From: Gammaproteobacteria bacterium
Lineage (GTDB): Bacteria > Pseudomonadota > Gammaproteobacteria > Poriferisulfidales > GCA-002705445
Assembly (NCBI GenBank): GCA_038114285.1
Contig: JAYNQN010000001.1
Span: forward strand, 120,454 to 184,453
Reading direction: 5' to 3'
DNA: 64,000 bases
Part shown: piece after piece, positions 45,175-57,421 of the stretch
How positions within the stretch are numbered: the first letter of the stretch is position 1
How the letters are laid out: each line of letters starts with the position of its first letter
The notes under the pieces: generated by a model
Told to the model about the DNA's origin: nothing
The model's input: only the letters and a program-made list of their open reading frames with translations
Databases searched by the model: none
Program-made: the position numbers and the translations under genes

Positions 45175-45640
45175 AATCGGACATGGGTATGACTCTCATA
45201 GATACAAAAATGGAAGCCACATAATCATTGGAGGAGTAAATATTTCTTCTAAGAGGTCTATTGTTGCACATTCAGATGGGGATATTTTAATACATGCAAT
45301 ATGCGATGCATTATTAGGGGCAGCAGGTAAAGGAGATTTAGGTTTATATTTTGATGATTCTGCGGAGTACGAAAACATGGATAGCAGTATATTTCTAAAA
45401 CAAATTATGACAATAATTAAAAAGGACGGCTTTTCTGTTGTTAATATAGACGCAACAATAGTCGCAGAAGAACCTAGAATATCAAAACATGCTACTAAAA
45501 TTGAAAAATCACTTTCTAAAATAATGCAACTTAATATTGATCAAATAAATGTAAAGTCTAAATCTAATGATAAACTTGGTTATATAGGTAGAAACGAGGG
45601 AATTGAGAGTTACGTAACTCTATTAATTGAAAAAATATGA
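45167..45640 (+). CDS. ispF: 2-C-methyl-D-erythritol 2,4-cyclodiphosphate synthase
   Basis: IGHGYDSHRY...AHSDGDILIHAICDALLGA is strongly conserved in IspF. Confidence 0.95.
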   Translation: MIKIGHGYDSHRYKNGSHIIIGGVNISSKRSIVAHSDGDILIHAICDALLGAAGKGDLGLYFDDSAEYENMDSSIFLKQIMTIIKKDGFSVVNIDATIVAEEPRISKHATKIEKSLSKIMQLNIDQINVKSKSNDKLGYIGRNEGIESYVTLLIEKI

Positions 45641-46305
45641 TTTTATTTTTAGATACGGCTATTGGTGCAACGACTATTGCGATCAAAAAAGATAATAAAA
45701 TTTTTAAGAAAGTTATAAATGACAATATAAATATTTCACAGCATTTAGTATCTTATGTAAATGATATTCTAAAAAGTGCAAACTCAAAAAAAACAGATAT
45801 TAAATTATTATGTTTTAATAAAGGACCGGGAAATTTTACAAGTCTTAGAGTTTCTTTAGCATTTATAAAAGCAATTGCTTATTATTTAAATGTGCCAGTT
45901 TTGGAACTTAACTCTTTTCAGGTATTGGCAATTTCAACATTAGAAATTAACTATAATTCACCATTTGTTGTTGCTGTCGATGCAAAAATGAATGAGGTGT
46001 ATTTTTCAGAATATAAAAATTATAATGAGTTACTATTGAAAGACAATAGTTTTGATTTATTGTCAAATCAAGATTTTTTAAAAAAATGCAACGATCAAAA
46101 ATACTCAAACCTTAAATTAGTTATGAGTAGCTCTGATATTATTAATGATGAAAGAAAGCAAATAATAATTAATGAAGTAAAAGAGATTAAGGTTGAAAAT
46201 ATTTTTAAAGTTATTGAAAATAATAATTTGTTAAAAAAATCTAATATTAACGATGTTAGAATTCTATATCTAAGAAATAAAGTTGCTAAGAAAAAAAATG
46301 AATAA
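45637..46305 (+). CDS. tsaB: tRNA threonylcarbamoyladenosine biosynthesis protein TsaB (YeaZ)
   Basis: MILFLDTAIGATTIAI N-terminus and GPGNFTSLRVSLAFIKAIA, matching the YeaZ/Kae1 fold without the metal site. Confidence 0.75.
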   Translation: MILFLDTAIGATTIAIKKDNKIFKKVINDNINISQHLVSYVNDILKSANSKKTDIKLLCFNKGPGNFTSLRVSLAFIKAIAYYLNVPVLELNSFQVLAISTLEINYNSPFVVAVDAKMNEVYFSEYKNYNELLLKDNSFDLLSNQDFLKKCNDQKYSNLKLVMSSSDIINDERKQIIINEVKEIKVENIFKVIENNNLLKKSNINDVRILYLRNKVAKKKNE

Positions 46306-47218
46306 AGTGATTTCTTTGCTAGGCCCTACAGCATCTGGTAAAACAGAATTTGCAATTTTTTTAAAAAAAAATTTTGATTTAGAAATTATTAGCATTGATT
46401 CCGTAATGATTTATAAGTATTTTAATATTGGCACTGCAAAACCAAATGAGTCAATTCTTAAAAAAATTCCGCACAAGATGGTAAACATAATTGAGCCTTT
46501 TGAAAAATTTTCTGTTGCTAAATTTTATAGTAATTTATTAGATTGCATCAATGAAGCTCATTCAAAAGGTAAAGTTCCTATTTTAGTTGGCGGATCTATG
46601 ATGTATTTCAAAACTTTTTTTTCTGGCGGTTTATCTGATCTAGAAAATGTTTCCGAGTCTACAAAAAAAAAGGTACAAGAAATATTTGCAAGTAAAGACC
46701 TAGAAAATATTTATGACTTTTTAAAAAAATTAGATCCTTTGATTGCTAAAAATATTCACCCAAATGATAAATATAGAATTGCTAGAATGTTAGAAATTTA
46801 TTTTTCAAACAATGAAATACCAAGTATTGCTTTAAGCAGATATTCAAGAAATGTTCAATGTTTTAATAATTTAAACTTGTCTATAATACCAAATGACAGA
46901 ACTCTATTGCATAATAACATTGAAAAAAGAACGAATAGTATGATTGATATGGGCCTGATAGACGAGGTTTTAGATTTAAGAAATAAATACCCAAAACAAT
47001 TTTTGCCAGCAATGTCTTCAATTGGCTATAAGCAAGTAAATCAATACCTGCTTAATGATATAGATCTTTTAAGCATGAAAAGTAAAATTATGGCAGCAAC
47101 AAGACAATTAGCAAAGAGGCAAATAACGTGGCTAAGGCATCTAGATGCAACCACAGTGTATACTTCAATAGATTATGATAATATTGAGAGTAGAGTAAGA
47201 GATTTTTTAAAATCATAA
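46283..47218 (+). CDS. miaA: tRNA dimethylallyltransferase
   Basis: P-loop LLGPTASGKT and IISIDSVMIYKYFNIGTAKP; miaA-hfq-hflX synteny. Confidence 0.9.
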   Translation: MLRKKMNKVISLLGPTASGKTEFAIFLKKNFDLEIISIDSVMIYKYFNIGTAKPNESILKKIPHKMVNIIEPFEKFSVAKFYSNLLDCINEAHSKGKVPILVGGSMMYFKTFFSGGLSDLENVSESTKKKVQEIFASKDLENIYDFLKKLDPLIAKNIHPNDKYRIARMLEIYFSNNEIPSIALSRYSRNVQCFNNLNLSIIPNDRTLLHNNIEKRTNSMIDMGLIDEVLDLRNKYPKQFLPAMSSIGYKQVNQYLLNDIDLLSMKSKIMAATRQLAKRQITWLRHLDATTVYTSIDYDNIESRVRDFLKS

Positions 47219-47242
47219 TATTAAACAGGTGAGGATAAAACA

Positions 47243-47467
47243 ATGACAAAAAGCCAAATACTTCAAGAGCCATTTTTAAATGCTCTTAGAAAAGATAAAA
47301 TACCTGTCTCTATCTATTTAGTTAATGGTATTAAATTACAAGGACAAGTTGATTCATTTGATCAATACGTCATAATTTTAAAAAATACTGTTAATCAGAT
47401 GGTATATAAACATGCTATTTCAACAATAGTTCCAGCTAAAGCAGTGAAATTTCAAACTGAAAACTAA
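47243..47467 (+). CDS. hfq: RNA chaperone Hfq
   Basis: The Sm1/Sm2 core [42 protein letters not shown]...[10 protein letters not shown]. Confidence 0.95.
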   Translation: MTKSQILQEPFLNALRKDKIPVSIYLVNGIKLQGQVDSFDQYVIILKNTVNQMVYKHAISTIVPAKAVKFQTEN

Positions 47468-47489
47468 CTAAGCCTAAGGAATATGTAAT

Positions 47490-48803
47490 TTGTCAGATAT
47501 AAATAATTTTTCTAATGAAGCCCTACTAGTTCATATTGATAAGTTTCCAATAGAAGTTAATAATTCTAAAGAAGAATTTAAAGATTTGGTTAGATCTGCA
47601 AATATAGAATGTGTTGATACTATATATTTGACTCAAAAAAATAAAAATATAGGAATTAAATACTTCATTGGAAAAGGCGACGCTGAAACTATAGAGCGTG
47701 AAGTGAAAAAGAATAATATTAAGTTGGTAATTTTTAATGTAGATTTAAGTCCAAGCCAAGAGAGAAATCTTGAGTTGCTATTATCAGCAAGAGTTTTAGA
47801 CAGAACTGGTTTAATTTTAGATATTTTTTCACAAAGAGCTTTTTCGCACGAAGGAAAACTACAAGTGGAGCTTGCTCAATTAAATTATCTATCTACAAGG
47901 TTAGTTAGAGGATGGAGTCATCTCGAGAGACAAAAAGGTGGTATTGGCTTGAGAGGACCTGGTGAAACACAACTTGAAACAGATAGAAGACTGTTAAGAG
48001 CAAGAATAAAGACTATACAAAAAAGACTTACAAAAGTTGGCAACCAGAGACAGTTAAGTAGAAACCTAAGACTTAAGCATAGTATTCCAAGAATTAGCAT
48101 AGTAGGCTATACAAATGCTGGCAAATCTACCTTATTTAATTTTCTCACAGAAATGCAAACACTTTCAGAAAATAAGCTTTTTGCAACTCTTGATCCAATA
48201 CATAGAAAATTTGATTTGAAATACAAAAAAAATGCTGTGATAAGTGACACTGTAGGGTTCATAAGAGAGTTGCCTCATCACTTGATTGAATCTTTTAAAT
48301 CAACTTTATCAGAAGTGGCAGAGAGTAATTTGTTAATACATGTTATAGATCTTAGCGACGACAATTTTTCATCATATATTAAAGAAGTTAATAATGTTTT
48401 AGAGAGCATTGGAGCCAAAAACATACCCAAAATTCTTGTATTTAATAAAATTGATCAAAATTATAATCCAGAGAACTTTACACATTTAGAAAAAGATTCT
48501 TTTTGTTATATTTCAGCGAAAACAGGGTACGGTATTGAAAGTTTAAGAAATATGATATCGGATAAATTATTTGAAAATTATACATTATTAAGCATAAAAC
48601 TAAAATTAAACGACGGAGAAGCTAGGTCGTCCATTTATGAAAATTGTAATGTTATTGATGAAACTTTTACAAAATCAGGACACAGTTTGATTAAATTTTC
48701 AGCTTCTAAAAGTTATATAAAATATTTGTCTAAAAAGGGCTTAATAGAAAGAAAAAACATCAAAACTTTAAAAAATTTAGAAGAAATTTATAAAACAGGA
48801 TAA
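47490..48803 (+). CDS. hflX: GTPase HflX
   Basis: An HflX N-domain and a G-domain (GYTNAGKSTLFN, DTVGF, NKID); TTG start per the track. Confidence 0.9.
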   Translation: MSDINNFSNEALLVHIDKFPIEVNNSKEEFKDLVRSANIECVDTIYLTQKNKNIGIKYFIGKGDAETIEREVKKNNIKLVIFNVDLSPSQERNLELLLSARVLDRTGLILDIFSQRAFSHEGKLQVELAQLNYLSTRLVRGWSHLERQKGGIGLRGPGETQLETDRRLLRARIKTIQKRLTKVGNQRQLSRNLRLKHSIPRISIVGYTNAGKSTLFNFLTEMQTLSENKLFATLDPIHRKFDLKYKKNAVISDTVGFIRELPHHLIESFKSTLSEVAESNLLIHVIDLSDDNFSSYIKEVNNVLESIGAKNIPKILVFNKIDQNYNPENFTHLEKDSFCYISAKTGYGIESLRNMISDKLFENYTLLSIKLKLNDGEARSSIYENCNVIDETFTKSGHSLIKFSASKSYIKYLSKKGLIERKNIKTLKNLEEIYKTG

Positions 48804-48872
48804 TTATTATATAAAACATTGGTATAATAATAATATATAATTTTAGGTAAATTTGAATATGGAGATAAGATA

Positions 48873-50018
48873 ATGCCTTGGAATCAATCAAATAACGGAA
48901 AAGACCCTTGGGAAAGAGATAAAAGACAATCACCACCTGATTTAGATGCAGTCATTAATAAGTTTCTGTCATCATTTGGAGGCATATTAGGATCCAAAAA
49001 TACCAATAATGGCAATAGCGGCGGCGGAAAAAAAGGAACATCAATTTTTTCATTGCTTATCATTGCGTCTTTAATATGGGCTGCAACTGGTTTTTATATC
49101 GTAAGTGAAAACGAGAGGGCAGTTATTTTACGTTTCGGCGAATACCAAAGAACAGCAATGCCGGGCCCAGGATGGCATCTTCCTAGACCAATTGAAACTC
49201 ACGAAACTGTAAACTTTACGGGAATCAGAAGTGTTGAAAAAAGAACAACTATGCTGACTCAAGACGAAAATATTGTTGAGTTAGCATTTTCTGTTCAATA
49301 TAGAATTAAAAATGCCGAAGATTATTTGTTTAATGTAGAAAATCCAGATATTGAAGGTGACAGAACATGTAGATTTGGAAGTAGAAGTACTATATGTGGT
49401 GTGCTGGATTCAGCTATAAGAGATGTTGTCGGTAAAAATAAAATGGACTATATATTAAGAGAAGGTCGTACTGAGATTTCAAATAGAACTGAAGAATTAA
49501 TGCAAGTGGTACTTGATAGTTATCAAGCTGGCATTCAGGTTACATCTGTAAACTTGCAAGACTCTCAACCACCAGACGCAGTACAAGATGCATTCCAGGA
49601 TGCAACAAAGGCAAGAGAAGATATGGAGCGTTACAAAAATGAAGCTCAAGCATATGCAAACGAAATAGTTCCAAGAGCAAGAGGGGAGGCAGCAAGAATG
49701 ATTCAAGATGCCCTAGCTTACAAAGAGAGGGTTATAGCAAATGCTGAGGGAGATGCTGACCGTTTTTTAAAGTTACTAAAGGAATATAAAAGAGCTCCTG
49801 AGGTAACAAGAAAAAGATTGTACATGGATTCTTTAGAATCAGTTTTATCAAACAGCTCAAAATTGATGATTGATATTAAAGAGGGTAACAATTTAATGTT
49901 ATTACCGCTGGATAAGATAATAAATTCTAGTGAAGTGAGTGATGAAGAAAATTCTGATGAAACTATTGAAGATTTTAGCAGCAATGAATCAAAACAGAAT
50001 AATAGGGAGGGAAGATAA
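48873..50018 (+). CDS. hflK: Protease modulator HflK
   Basis: 381-aa SPFH/band-7 protein with a transmembrane segment; precedes hflC. Confidence 0.9.
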   Translation: MPWNQSNNGKDPWERDKRQSPPDLDAVINKFLSSFGGILGSKNTNNGNSGGGKKGTSIFSLLIIASLIWAATGFYIVSENERAVILRFGEYQRTAMPGPGWHLPRPIETHETVNFTGIRSVEKRTTMLTQDENIVELAFSVQYRIKNAEDYLFNVENPDIEGDRTCRFGSRSTICGVLDSAIRDVVGKNKMDYILREGRTEISNRTEELMQVVLDSYQAGIQVTSVNLQDSQPPDAVQDAFQDATKAREDMERYKNEAQAYANEIVPRARGEAARMIQDALAYKERVIANAEGDADRFLKLLKEYKRAPEVTRKRLYMDSLESVLSNSSKLMIDIKEGNNLMLLPLDKIINSSEVSDEENSDETIEDFSSNESKQNNREGR

Positions 50019-50020
50019 TT

Positions 50021-50872
50021 ATGAATAAATTATTATTTTTTATAGTAGGTGTATTTTTAATTTTCAGCTCCACTATATTCTTTGTTAAAGAAACACAAAG
50101 AGCAATGGTTTTTCAATTAGGAGAAATTAAAAGAGACGATTTGAAACCTGGCCTACATTTTAAGCTACCATTGGTGAACAACGTAAGAAAATTTGATGCA
50201 AGAATACTTACAATGGATGCAAAACCTGAATTATTTTTAACAAGCGAAAAGAAAAATATGTCAGTTGATTTTTTCGTTAAATGGAGAATTGCTAATGTAA
50301 AATCATATTACAAATCTACATTAGGTGATAGGGCGCGTGCAGAAGGAAGAATTACACAAATTGTTAAAGATGAATTAAAAAACCAATTTGGTATAAGAAC
50401 AATTCAAGAAGCTATCTCTGGAGAAAGGGAAGAAATCATGGAGGAACTCGAAACCAAAGCGCAACTCGTAGCCTCTGAACTTGGAATAGAGTTAGTAGAT
50501 GTTAGGATTAGTAGAATAGAGCTCCCTGGCGATGTTAGTGAATCTGTTTATCAGAGAATGAGAGCAGAAAGAAGTCGTACAGCAAAAGATTTTCGTGCAA
50601 GAGGAAAAGAAACTGCCGAAAATATTAAAGCTCAAGCTGACAAAAAAAGAACCGTGATAATTGCGGAAGCATATAGGGCGGCAGAACAGGAAAGAGGTTT
50701 AGGGGATGCTAAATCTACGGCTATTTATGCAAATGCTTATGGCAAAGATCCTGAATTTTATGCATTCACAAGAAGTTTGAAGGCATATATAAATTCATTT
50801 AAAAATAAAGCTGACATGCTGGTTATAGATCCAGATTCAGAATTTTTTAAATACTTTAAAGATATAAAGTAG
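50021..50872 (+). CDS. hflC: Protease modulator HflC
   Basis: 283-aa SPFH/band-7 protein with an N-terminal transmembrane segment. Confidence 0.9.
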   Translation: MNKLLFFIVGVFLIFSSTIFFVKETQRAMVFQLGEIKRDDLKPGLHFKLPLVNNVRKFDARILTMDAKPELFLTSEKKNMSVDFFVKWRIANVKSYYKSTLGDRARAEGRITQIVKDELKNQFGIRTIQEAISGEREEIMEELETKAQLVASELGIELVDVRISRIELPGDVSESVYQRMRAERSRTAKDFRARGKETAENIKAQADKKRTVIIAEAYRAAEQERGLGDAKSTAIYANAYGKDPEFYAFTRSLKAYINSFKNKADMLVIDPDSEFFKYFKDIK

Positions 50873-50906
50873 ATTAATATAAAAATACAAAAAATATAAA
50901 TATAAA

Positions 50907-53167
<2,261 letters not shown>

Positions 53168-53182
53168 TGACAGCAGAATAAA

Positions 53183-54406
53183 ATGCTCTTAATTATAAAT
53201 AAATTAAAAAATGCAGATGTATATTTGTTACCAATAGCAATTTTTTTTATATTAATATCATCTGCAGGTACAAATATATTTATTTTATTAGCAGTATTAT
53301 TTTCATTGGTACACTGCATATACAAAAAAAATTACCAAATTCTATTTGAGAAAAATTTCCTTAAGATTTGCTTTTTAATATATTTTCTATTTTTAATATC
53401 GTCTTTATATAGTATTAGTAATTTTGAAGAAATAATTAGCTCTTTAAAAAAATATATTAAATTTCTATATATTCCTTTTATATATTACATTGTCAAAATA
53501 CATAAAAATGAAAAATTAATAATTAATTTTTTTATATTTGGCTCAACAATTATTTTGGCTTTGTCATATTTAAAATACTTTAATATATTCAATTTTGATA
53601 GTTTCTATGAATTTTTAAAAAATACTAATATTGCAAACCCTAAAGATAAAATAATTATTAATAAAACTTCCGTTTTTCAGAATTATATTGTGCATGGTGT
53701 TGTTTTTTCTTTTTATTCATTTCTTTGTTTTTATCTTGCAAAAAAAAATAATATCTTACAATATTATTCATTATCCTTAATGTCTTTATTAAACGTGTTA
53801 TTATTAAATGATTCACGCAAAGGATATATAATTATTTTAATTTTATCTGTTTTTACTTTTTTTCAATTAATTTCTAGCAATAAAATACGCTTATCAATAT
53901 TATTAATTTTTGGCTCAATATTTTTTACGCATTTTTCTGATAATTTATTAAATAGAGTAAATGTCTTAAGTAGTGATTTGTATTTTATAGATAAAAATAA
54001 TTATAATACATCGTTAGGTTATAGGTATATATGGACTAAAGTAGGAGTTGATAATCTTGCAAAGAAGCCTTTATTTGGTTTTGGTGCGGGGTCATACGAA
54101 AAAACGTCTGTAAGATATTATAAGGATAATAATGTAAATGATTATGATAGTTACATTACGAATAACCCACACAATGAATTTATAAGTATTTCAACCCAAT
54201 TGGGTTTAGTTGGTTTATCTTTATTTTTTATTTTTTTATATAATTTGTTTAAAGATTCAAATTACCAAACCGTTCCAATTGGTATAGTTATAACTGTTTT
54301 TGTTTCATCATTATTTAACAGCGCTTTTTATGATAATATGCTAGGATTATTTCTAATAATTATAATTAGTCTTTTATATCAAAATAATTTTAAAATTAAA
54401 AATTAA
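53183..54406 (+). CDS. waaL: O-antigen ligase (WaaL / Wzy_C-domain) family polytopic membrane protein
   Basis: About 10 predicted transmembrane helices and a periplasmic loop with GFGAGSYE...NNPHNEFISISTQLGLVGL, matching the Wzy_C/O-antigen-ligase signature. Confidence 0.6.
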   Translation: MLLIINKLKNADVYLLPIAIFFILISSAGTNIFILLAVLFSLVHCIYKKNYQILFEKNFLKICFLIYFLFLISSLYSISNFEEIISSLKKYIKFLYIPFIYYIVKIHKNEKLIINFFIFGSTIILALSYLKYFNIFNFDSFYEFLKNTNIANPKDKIIINKTSVFQNYIVHGVVFSFYSFLCFYLAKKNNILQYYSLSLMSLLNVLLLNDSRKGYIIILILSVFTFFQLISSNKIRLSILLIFGSIFFTHFSDNLLNRVNVLSSDLYFIDKNNYNTSLGYRYIWTKVGVDNLAKKPLFGFGAGSYEKTSVRYYKDNNVNDYDSYITNNPHNEFISISTQLGLVGLSLFFIFLYNLFKDSNYQTVPIGIVITVFVSSLFNSAFYDNMLGLFLIIIISLLYQNNFKIKN

Positions 54407-54412
54407 TAGAAA

Positions 54413-55213
54413 ATGAAATTTTTGCAAAATAATCTAGCAGTTAAAGATATTATTTTTTCTTTTAAAAATTTTTATTCTTGGTCATATTTATCTTATTTTG
54501 ACCTAAAATTAAAATATCGAAGAACATTTCTTGGGCCTTGGTGGGTTGTACTAGGAATTGCTATTTCCGCAACTGCGATGTGTTTCTTATGGAGTACAAT
54601 TTTTAATTTAGACTGGAAATCATATTTAACATATTTGTTTTCTGGTTTTATTATATGGATGTGGATAAGTCAACTTGTAATTGATGCGCCTGATATATTC
54701 TGTGGTAGCGCGTCAAAATATATTAAAGCTTACCCCAATCCTCCTATTTTTTATGTCTTTAGAAAATGTTTTTTAAGTTTTTTACTTTTTTTACACCATA
54801 TACCTCTTATAATTTTAGTAACAATCTTAGTAAATCAAAAAATTAATATAATTGTTATATATACACTACCTATAGGTTTATTTTTAATTTTTATAAATTC
54901 TATATTATTTACTACTATTATTGGAATGGTTTCTGCAAGGTATCGAGATATTGATCCTTTAGTGAAATCATTAATGCCGCCTATGCTCTTATTAACACCA
55001 GTATTATGGAAACCTGAAATGCTAGGCGAATATCATTCATACGTTTATTTAAATCCATTTACACATTTTGTAGGCATAGTTAGAAATGATTTAATTGGTT
55101 TGGAGTTTGATTTAAAAATATGGATTGGCGCTATTCTGATAACAATTTTTCAATTAATAATATTTTTTTTACTTTACTCAAAAAAGAGTAAAAGAATTGT
55201 ATTTTGGGTTTAA
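54413..55213 (+). CDS. wzm: ABC-2 type polysaccharide export permease (Wzm/KpsM-like)
   Basis: 266 aa, six transmembrane helices, an ABC-2 fold; overlaps the next ATPase gene. Confidence 0.75.
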   Translation: MKFLQNNLAVKDIIFSFKNFYSWSYLSYFDLKLKYRRTFLGPWWVVLGIAISATAMCFLWSTIFNLDWKSYLTYLFSGFIIWMWISQLVIDAPDIFCGSASKYIKAYPNPPIFYVFRKCFLSFLLFLHHIPLIILVTILVNQKINIIVIYTLPIGLFLIFINSILFTTIIGMVSARYRDIDPLVKSLMPPMLLLTPVLWKPEMLGEYHSYVYLNPFTHFVGIVRNDLIGLEFDLKIWIGAILITIFQLIIFFLLYSKKSKRIVFWV

Positions 55214-55974
55214 TTATGAGGTCAGAAATTATATTAAAAAATGTAAATTTAGATTTTCCGATATATGATGTTGAGTCATTATCTATAAGGAACAAAATAA
55301 GTAATTTTGGAAAAGTTATAGTTAATAAAACTTCTACAAATAAGTCTGGCTCTAGAATTGTTAAAGGCCTAAAAAATATTAATTTTAATATGAATCATGG
55401 AGATAGAATCGCTCTTCTTGGCCCCAACGGATCTGGTAAAACAACATTATTAAAACTTCTTGCTGGAATATATTCGCCAACATCGGGCACCCTAAGTAAA
55501 ATTGGTGATATAAGTTGTATGTTAGATATTGGATTTGGATTTGAACAAGACGCTACTGGATATGAAAATATAATATTATCAAATATTACACGAGGCCTGT
55601 CTAAAGATGATATTGAAAAAATATTACCAGATATTGCTGAATTTAGTGGCTTAGGGGAATTTTTAGATATGCCTTTCAGAACATATTCCAGTGGAATGCA
55701 AGCGAGACTTGCTTTTTCTTCAGCTATAGCAAATACCCCAGATATATTGTTAATAGATGAATTTTTTTCTACAGGCGATATTGATTTTTCAGAAAAAAGT
55801 AAAAAAAAGGTTTTGAAGATGATGGATAACTCATCAATATTAGTATTTGCATCACACGATCTAGAATTACTAGACTCAATATGCAATAAAGCTATATGTA
55901 TGCATAGTGGAGAAATAATTTTCTCAGGCAGTACGAAGGAAGCAATTGCACAATATAAATCAATTTATGAATAA
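55204..55974 (+). CDS. wzt: ABC polysaccharide export ATP-binding protein (Wzt/KpsT-like, no C-terminal carbohydrate-binding domain)
   Basis: Walker A GPNGSGKTT, signature YSSGMQARL, Walker B LLIDEF; 256 aa. Confidence 0.8.
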   Translation: MGLIMRSEIILKNVNLDFPIYDVESLSIRNKISNFGKVIVNKTSTNKSGSRIVKGLKNINFNMNHGDRIALLGPNGSGKTTLLKLLAGIYSPTSGTLSKIGDISCMLDIGFGFEQDATGYENIILSNITRGLSKDDIEKILPDIAEFSGLGEFLDMPFRTYSSGMQARLAFSSAIANTPDILLIDEFFSTGDIDFSEKSKKKVLKMMDNSSILVFASHDLELLDSICNKAICMHSGEIIFSGSTKEAIAQYKSIYE

Positions 55975-57418
55975 AAAATATAACTTAGATTATAAAGTAG
56001 ACCCATCATTTCAATGCACAAAATATGTAAAAGCTCATAATGAGAATAATTTTACTAAGCATAGTTACAAAGACCATATCGTTAGAGCAGATCTTTGTAG
56101 CTCTTTAATCTCGATACTTTTTAACACAAACAATATTGATACCTCCCTTTATTCAATAAAAAAATTTATAGATAAATCTGATGACCCAGCAAAATTACAA
56201 TTTTGTATAAAGATTGATAATGAATCTAATGTTACAGAAGAATTTTTAAAAAAAATATCTAAATATAAAAGTAATTTTGTAATCATCTCATCTCCAAAAG
56301 GCAGAGGTTACTTGGATCTTTGGCAATGGATTAATTTTTTATACAAAATTTCATCTAGAAAATCAAAATTTGTGATGAATATATCTGACGAAATGTATGT
56401 AAATGAAGATAAATGGGATAAGTTGTTAGAAAAATATTTAAATTTGACAGACGATAGAATTTTTCGTTTAAGAACATCTGTATATAAAAATAGAAATTAT
56501 AGCACTTTATTTGAATGCGGATATGCTCCAGACACAACTGCAATATATTCAAGAAAATATATTGAACTGCAAGGCGATTTTTCACCTTGTTTCGGACCTG
56601 ATAACGGTCAGCAATTTGTCGCATACTATTTAGCAACAATTAACTACCCAAGACATTATCAATTTTTAAGAGATTTTGTAATAGAAACAATTAGTTTTAA
56701 AGGCCAAGGAACAAATAAAGGTTTAGAAGGAGAATCAAGAAATCAAAGACTAGTGGATAATTATTTACTTTGGATAAATATGTTCAAATTTAAATTTCAA
56801 AGTATTTATTTGAAAAGAGCAAGAAAAATTCAAGTGGAAATTTTAAAATTTAATTTTCCAGATATTAATATAGTAGACAATATTTTTAAGCAAAGATTTG
56901 AACTAAGGTATACAGATGAAAATAATAGAAAAAATATAGTTTTAAAATTGTCATACAAAATATCAAAAATTAAACATTTGTGGCACAACATTAGTAAAAT
57001 AAATTTTTTTAAATGGCATACAGGTTATGATAGACCTTTAATATATGGAGTATTGACACATATATGCGTAAAATTTTTAAAAAAATTTCCAAAATTAAAA
57101 TCAGCAAAAAAAACATCTAATCCTATACTTATAAGAGTAATAGATAATTTTAGTGATAAGAGTTTAAAAATAAATAAGTCAATTAATTCAAGAATAAGAG
57201 TTTTAGAAAAATTTAAAATAATGGAATTCACAATATTTATTATTGCAATAATTTTATTAATTGTAATCTTTGTAGCAACATTTCCTAGTTTTAAAACTAA
57301 TTTATTAATACTTAATCAAAGATTTAAAATAATTAAAATTTATTCAAGAAAAAATTCATTTATTATCTCAAATAATAAAATAGATCAATCAAAAACAGTT
57401 GTTATAAGAGGCGATTAA
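55946..57418 (+). CDS. Hypothetical 490-aa protein with a single C-terminal transmembrane anchor; no recognisable family
   Basis: Lys/Asn-rich soluble region followed by a hydrophobic helix MEFTIFIIAIILLIVIFVATF near the C-terminus. Embedded in the glycan cluster between wzt and the nucleotidyltransferase. Confidence 0.4.
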   Translation: MHNINQFMNKKYNLDYKVDPSFQCTKYVKAHNENNFTKHSYKDHIVRADLCSSLISILFNTNNIDTSLYSIKKFIDKSDDPAKLQFCIKIDNESNVTEEFLKKISKYKSNFVIISSPKGRGYLDLWQWINFLYKISSRKSKFVMNISDEMYVNEDKWDKLLEKYLNLTDDRIFRLRTSVYKNRNYSTLFECGYAPDTTAIYSRKYIELQGDFSPCFGPDNGQQFVAYYLATINYPRHYQFLRDFVIETISFKGQGTNKGLEGESRNQRLVDNYLLWINMFKFKFQSIYLKRARKIQVEILKFNFPDINIVDNIFKQRFELRYTDENNRKNIVLKLSYKISKIKHLWHNISKINFFKWHTGYDRPLIYGVLTHICVKFLKKFPKLKSAKKTSNPILIRVIDNFSDKSLKINKSINSRIRVLEKFKIMEFTIFIIAIILLIVIFVATFPSFKTNLLILNQRFKIIKIYSRKNSFIISNNKIDQSKTVVIRGD

Positions 57419-57421
57419 TTT

